From a virus (taxonomy: Duplodnaviria > Caudoviricetes), in IMG/VR virus record IMGVR_UViG_3300028588_000795, positions 1 through 58,007 of that record: DNA of 58,007 nt. One strand, given 5' to 3'. The notes under the pieces were generated by a model. That model did no database searches. It saw only the letters and a list, made by a program, of their open reading frames with translations, and had not been told where the DNA came from. The position numbers were made by a program, and so were the translations under genes. Positions 54,081 to 58,007 of the stretch are shown here, piece by piece. Numbering within the stretch: the stretch's first letter is position 1; every line of letters begins with the position of its first letter.

Positions 54081-54676
54081 TTAGTTATTACGCCGACGTC
54101 ATGGAAGACGGCGCCGTGCGCGGGTGCTTTTCGTATGTGGCTCCGCCGACTGAAGGCTGGGCTCCGCAGATCGAAGGCGAGATGATGCCGCTAGATGAGC
54201 CGATCGATTGGTCATCCGCGCCGTCAAACACATGCACGTTGTACAGGGTCGTCGGCAAACTTGAATGGGTCGACAAGATGCCGCTGGAAGACGTCACCGC
54301 GCAGGTGCTGGACGAGATCGACACCGCCGCTGACCTGGCACGCGTTTCGGTGCTGGTAAAAACCACCAAGGCCGAGGAGTACATGCAGGCTGAGACCCAG
54401 GCGCGCGAGTGGCAGGCGGCCGGCTACCTGGGCGACGCGCCGCCCGACGTGGCCAGCTGGGCCGCGGCGAAATGGCGCGAGCAGATGACCGACCAGCAGG
54501 CCGCCGACAGCATCGTGGCCCAGGCCGACCAGTACCGCACCTTGCTGAGCGGGATCCGCGCGCTGCGCCTGAAGCACATGGAGGACGCCCGGCACGCCGC
54601 CGACGCCGCCGGCGCCCGCGCCGTCCTGGCCACCTTCACCACCAACCTCTCGAAACTGATGAAAGGAACCGCATGA
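54077..54676 (+). CDS. Tail fibre assembly-like protein
   Basis: IDTAAD..R..EY..AE..A..W..AAD.I pattern; follows the fibre gene. Confidence 0.65.
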   Translation: MISYYADVMEDGAVRGCFSYVAPPTEGWAPQIEGEMMPLDEPIDWSSAPSNTCTLYRVVGKLEWVDKMPLEDVTAQVLDEIDTAADLARVSVLVKTTKAEEYMQAETQAREWQAAGYLGDAPPDVASWAAAKWREQMTDQQAADSIVAQADQYRTLLSGIRALRLKHMEDARHAADAAGARAVLATFTTNLSKLMKGTA

Positions 54677-55215
54677 AACGTGCAGGCTACATCACGGTCC
54701 GGCTCACCAGCCGCTGGCCGTACAACCCGCTGTCGCTGGCCATCGGCGTCGCCTCGGGCTCGCGCCAGTTCTCGCACGCGATCGCCATCATCGAGGGTCG
54801 CGCCTACGAGGCGTCGATGACGCACGGCTGTCGCGCCGGCACGGTCGACCAGGTGATGGAAGGGATCGTCGTCTACCGCGACATGCAAGTGTGGGTACCG
54901 GACATCGATGCCGCGCGCGAGTTCGCCGAGGCGCAGGTCGGCAAGGGCTACGACTGGCTCGGCGCCGTCGGCATTCCGTTCACCTACAGCCAGGAGTGGT
55001 CGGACGACAGTTGCTGGTGGTGCTCCGACCTGGTCTTCGCGATCCTGCTGGCCGGCGGCGTGCGCCTGTTCGATCCCGACGTCATGCGCCGCGTGCGCCC
55101 GGTCGACCTGCAGATGGTCGACATCCCGAAAGGGCTGGTAACACGAACGGCCATCAGCAACCCCTCCAACCCGCTCCGGCGGGTTTTTTTACGCCCACCG
55201 AAAAGGCAAAAATGA
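54673..55215 (+). CDS. Permuted papain-like NlpC/P60 (YiiX/YebB-like) protein
   Basis: FSHA, QVGKGYDW, WWCSDLV. Confidence 0.8.
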   Translation: MKRAGYITVRLTSRWPYNPLSLAIGVASGSRQFSHAIAIIEGRAYEASMTHGCRAGTVDQVMEGIVVYRDMQVWVPDIDAAREFAEAQVGKGYDWLGAVGIPFTYSQEWSDDSCWWCSDLVFAILLAGGVRLFDPDVMRRVRPVDLQMVDIPKGLVTRTAISNPSNPLRRVFLRPPKRQK

Positions 55216-55415
55216 TCCAAGTAACCGCACCCGAAGCAGGGAGCTACGCCGGCGCCATCGTGGCGATCGTGTCCTCGCTCACCTTGACGCAGTGGGGCAT
55301 CGCCGTCGGCATCGTCACCGCGCTGGCGACCTTCTTCCTGAACTGGTTCTACATGCGCCGGCGCGATGCGCGCGAGGAGCTTGCGCTGCGCCTGCAGCTG
55401 GGAGCAAAGCAATGA
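55212..55415 (+). CDS. Holin
   Basis: TM segments, TFFLNWFYMRRRD basic tail. Confidence 0.8.
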   Translation: MIQVTAPEAGSYAGAIVAIVSSLTLTQWGIAVGIVTALATFFLNWFYMRRRDAREELALRLQLGAKQ

Positions 55416-55654
55416 TGGCCCGCGCCCGCGCCTGGCTACGCTCGGCCGGCGTCTGGTTCAACGCCGTGCTGCTGGCCGCATTCCCGTTCGCCGACCAGAT
55501 CATCCAAGCCGTCAACGACAACCTGCCGGCCCTGGCCCAGTACCTGCCGCCGAACGTCTACAAGGCCGTCGGCGTCGCTGTAGTCGTGTTCAACCTGGTC
55601 CGCTCCGCGCAGCGCGCGCACGCGGCCGCGCAAGTGAAGGAGTCGAGCCAATGA
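55412..55654 (+). CDS. Second 2-TM lysis membrane protein (holin/antiholin-like)
   Basis: Two hydrophobic segments; lies between holin and endolysin. Confidence 0.6.
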   Translation: MMARARAWLRSAGVWFNAVLLAAFPFADQIIQAVNDNLPALAQYLPPNVYKAVGVAVVVFNLVRSAQRAHAAAQVKESSQ

Positions 55655-56118
55655 CACCCGCCGAATTCATCGCCCAGATACTGCCCGGCGCCCAGGCCTG
55701 CCAGCGCGCCACCGGAATTCCCGCATCCATCACCATTGCCCAGGCTGCTCTCGAAACCGGCTGGGGTAAGGATGTGATGGGCAACAACCTGTTTGGCATC
55801 AAGGCTGACAAATCGTGGAAGGGGCGAACCGCCACTTTCATGACGACCGAGGAGATCAACGGCAGGAAGGTCAAGATGCTAGGCACCTTCCGCGCCTACA
55901 ACTCTTGGGCAGACGCAGTGATCGACCGTGGGCTTTTCCTTAAGCAGAACAAGCGCTACGCGGGATGCTTCAATCTCAAGACCGGCCCCGAGTGGGCGGA
56001 CGCCCTCCAGGCGGCCGGTTACGCCACGGATTCGAACTATGCCAACAGCCTGAAGGCGGTGATGCGCGGCCGGAACATGGCCCAGTATGATGTGCTGCCG
56101 AACGGGGCGAGGGCATGA
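55651..56118 (+). CDS. Endolysin, GH73 (FlgJ-like) glycosidase
   Basis: AQAALETGWG, NNLFGIKA, FRAY, GYATD..YA. Confidence 0.92.
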   Translation: MTPAEFIAQILPGAQACQRATGIPASITIAQAALETGWGKDVMGNNLFGIKADKSWKGRTATFMTTEEINGRKVKMLGTFRAYNSWADAVIDRGLFLKQNKRYAGCFNLKTGPEWADALQAAGYATDSNYANSLKAVMRGRNMAQYDVLPNGARA

Positions 56119-56423
56119 AGCGCGTCAGCTCGAAACTGTGGATGGGCGAGAGCGGCTACACGCTGTTCTTCTGCCCTGGCTGCGAACGGCCGCACGCCGT
56201 CGGCGTCAAGGGTCCTGGCGCGTGGGGCTACAACGGCGATGCTGAGCGCCCGACGTTCACGCCTTCCGTCGGCGTCAACATGGACCGCGGCGCGCCCGAT
56301 GCGCCACTGTGTCACTCGTTCGTGACCGGTGGCCGGATCCAGTTCCTGACCGATAGCGACCACGCGCTGGCCGGACAAACGGTCGACCTGCCGGACTGGC
56401 CTGAGTACTGGAGCGTGACGTGA
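56115..56423 (+). CDS. DUF6527-like Cys/His protein
   Basis: FCPGC...H, WGYNGD..RPTFTPSV, CHSFVT.G.I.FL. Confidence 0.7.
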   Translation: MKRVSSKLWMGESGYTLFFCPGCERPHAVGVKGPGAWGYNGDAERPTFTPSVGVNMDRGAPDAPLCHSFVTGGRIQFLTDSDHALAGQTVDLPDWPEYWSVT

Positions 56424-56815
56424 TCGCCGGCCTGCTGGCGCGCCTGGCGCCGTACAAGCTGCGCATCGCGGTTGGCGCCGGGCTGGCCGCCGCGGTGCTG
56501 GGCTTCGGCGCCGGCTGGGCCATCAACGGCTGGCGGCTCGGCGCCGAGCTGGCGGGCGAGAAGGCCGCGCGCGCCCAAGACCACGCAGCGCAGGCCGGCG
56601 CCGCGCTGTCCGCGCTGCAGGCCGATGCCTCGGCGATCCGCCAGGCCGCCACCGAGTACGCCGGCATCCAGTCCACCCTCGCGCCAAAGCTTACGGCGCT
56701 CACCAAGGAGCTGCGCAATGCGAAGCCTCTTCCCGCTGATTGCCGCCCTGATCCTGTGCGGGTGCGCAACCTCGACGCCGCAATCGACGCTGCCAACCAG
56801 GCCGCCGCTCGATAG
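56420..56815 (+). CDS. i-spanin (Rz-like)
   Basis: N-terminal TM, GW..NGWRL, coiled coil, C-terminal Cys. Confidence 0.8.
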   Translation: MIAGLLARLAPYKLRIAVGAGLAAAVLGFGAGWAINGWRLGAELAGEKAARAQDHAAQAGAALSALQADASAIRQAATEYAGIQSTLAPKLTALTKELRNAKPLPADCRPDPVRVRNLDAAIDAANQAAAR

Positions 56816-56963
56816 TGCGCTGGCAGCACCGTGCCCGGCTGTCGAGAAACCCGAATCGGCCGACTACGACGTGTGGCAGGCCTGGGCGATCAACCTGCTG
56901 CGCCAGTACGCCGAGTGCGCGGCGCGGCACGCCAAGACCGTGCAGGCCTGGCCGCGCAACTGA
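56718..56963 (+). CDS. o-spanin lipoprotein (Rz1-like)
   Basis: AAGGAG RBS; lipobox LCGC; Pro-rich; Y.ECAARH; overlaps the Rz end. Confidence 0.85.
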   Translation: MRSLFPLIAALILCGCATSTPQSTLPTRPPLDSALAAPCPAVEKPESADYDVWQAWAINLLRQYAECAARHAKTVQAWPRN

Positions 56964-56966
56964 TCG

Positions 56967-57158
56967 TCACTCTGGAGATGCTGCTGGCGGCGGCATTGGC
57001 CTGCGCTCGTACGGCAGCTCGAGAACGCGCATCGTCACCTCGAGCGGCACGCCACTCTGCAGTAGCGCACAAAATGCTTCTGACTTGCTCAGCATTGGCA
57101 GGAGTAGCAGGACCAGGTCGACCCGGCTGGCGGTGAGGATGTCGGTGCGTGGTTTCAT
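56967..57158 (-). CDS. Small hypothetical protein
   Basis: ORF convergent with Rz1. Confidence 0.45.
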   Translation of the reverse strand: MKPRTDILTASRVDLVLLLLPMLSKSEAFCALLQSGVPLEVTMRVLELPYERRPMPPPAASPE

Positions 57159-57252
57159 CTGGACAGATTATCGAGCGTGCCGGGTGGCATGATGAGGCCG
57201 GTCAGGCGCGCCACGCACGCAAATCAAGCTTGTCAAAAGATGAAGTTAACGA

Positions 57253-57272
57253 TACTGTATAAACATACAGTA
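57253..57272. promoter_or_regulatory. LexA (SOS) box
   Basis: TACTGTATAAACATACAGTA = CTGT-N8-ACAG, overlapping a TTGTCA-17bp-TACTGT promoter. Confidence 0.92.
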
Positions 57273-57287
57273 TTTCCATGCGACATC

Positions 57288-58007
57288 ATGAATAGCCAAT
57301 CGCTCGTCTCCAATCCCGAAGCTCTCCATCCGGCGCTCTGGCGCGCGTCGCAGCTGGGCCGCGCGGTCACGCGGTGCGTGGACACCGGGCACCCGGCGCT
57401 GTCGATGCAGCTGCCCGGCGGTGGCTGGCCGACCGGTGCGCTGACAGAGTTGCTCACGCAGCAGCCGGGCATTGGCGAGCTGCGCCTGCTGGCGCCGGCC
57501 CTGTCGAAGGTCGCCAAGCGGCGCATCGTCATGCTCGAGCCGCCGCACGCACCGCAGGCCATTGCGCTCGCCGGCCTGGGCTTGGCGCCGGCAAACCTGA
57601 TCTGGCTGCGCGCCAAGTCCACCGCGGATACGCTTTGGGCGGCCGAGCAGGTGCTGCGCAGCGGGAGCTGCGGCGCACTGCTGATGTGGCAGGCTCATGC
57701 GCGGCCGGAGGCATTGCGCCGGCTGCACCTGGCGGCCCAGGCCGGCGAGACACTGTGCTTCGTGTTCCGGCCGGTCGCCGCAGCCCAGGATGCATCGGTC
57801 GCACCGCTGCGGCTCAGCCTGCGCCCGGCACCCGGCGGGCTCGACATCGGGTTCGTGAAGAGGCGAGGGCCGAGCATCGACCAGACGCTGTTCCTGCCGA
57901 TGACGGTTGCACCAGCTGTGCGGCCGGCTACACCGCGGCGCACCGATACCGTCCGGCCCGCGCCGGTGCGGCATGTCGTCGCGAGCGTGCCGGAACTGGC
58001 TCAATGA
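57288..58007 (+). CDS. imuA: Translesion synthesis-associated protein ImuA
   Basis: LWRASQL, TGHPAL..LPGGGWP.GALTELL..PGIGELRLL.PAL, LWAAEQ.LRSG, LRRLHLAA, KRRGP; SOS box upstream. Confidence 0.92.
   Translation: MNSQSLVSNPEALHPALWRASQLGRAVTRCVDTGHPALSMQLPGGGWPTGALTELLTQQPGIGELRLLAPALSKVAKRRIVMLEPPHAPQAIALAGLGLAPANLIWLRAKSTADTLWAAEQVLRSGSCGALLMWQAHARPEALRRLHLAAQAGETLCFVFRPVAAAQDASVAPLRLSLRPAPGGLDIGFVKRRGPSIDQTLFLPMTVAPAVRPATPRRTDTVRPAPVRHVVASVPELAQ

Larger units (their letters stand above)
1..56963. mobile_element. Temperate lambdoid siphoprophage (HK97-like head, long tape measure)
   Basis: Continuous integrase-immunity-early-late-lysis gene order. att sites were not identified, so the boundaries are approximate. 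Confidence 0.95.

Noticed and set aside
1-58007. CRISPR array, retron/DGR or IS element
   Set aside because: No regularly spaced repeats, reverse transcriptase motifs, TR/VR pair or transposase recognised.

Overview
A nearly complete ~57 kb temperate lambdoid siphoprophage with an HK97-type head. The host is probably a betaproteobacterium (Massilia/Oxalobacteraceae-like); that assignment is inferred. Gene order: integrase and excisionase, a leftward early arm (Lar-like, Mom-like, RdgC, tiny membrane peptides), OL/PL at ~8.05-8.1 kb, an accessory block between OL and cI, cI/cro with OR, a rightward early operon (CII-like, HD hydrolase, DndC/PAPS-reductase-like, helicase-methyltransferase fusion, BRO-KilAC, truncated O-like protein, Q-like), a late promoter, packaging/head/tail genes, a lysis cassette and a LexA-controlled imuA. 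Main observations: (1) A ~400 nt non-coding element next to OL has a promoter overlapped by an operator, hairpins, G-tracts, an A-run and a downstream GAAGCGG/GNA-hairpin cluster, resembling a ColE1-type RNA-primed origin. The phage O-like protein lacks its origin-binding N-terminus, and no helicase or loader gene is visible. (2) A GHKL kinase + STAS + membrane protein operon sits in the rexAB position. (3) A catalytically dead S24 domain is coupled to cI. (4) A RelA/SpoT synthetase moron co-occurs with an unlinked HD hydrolase. (5) Two antisense morons are nested in sense ORFs that are coupled at both ends. (6) A depolymerase-bearing fibre cluster lies between the capsid and neck genes. All family calls come from motif recognition by eye; no database searches were run.
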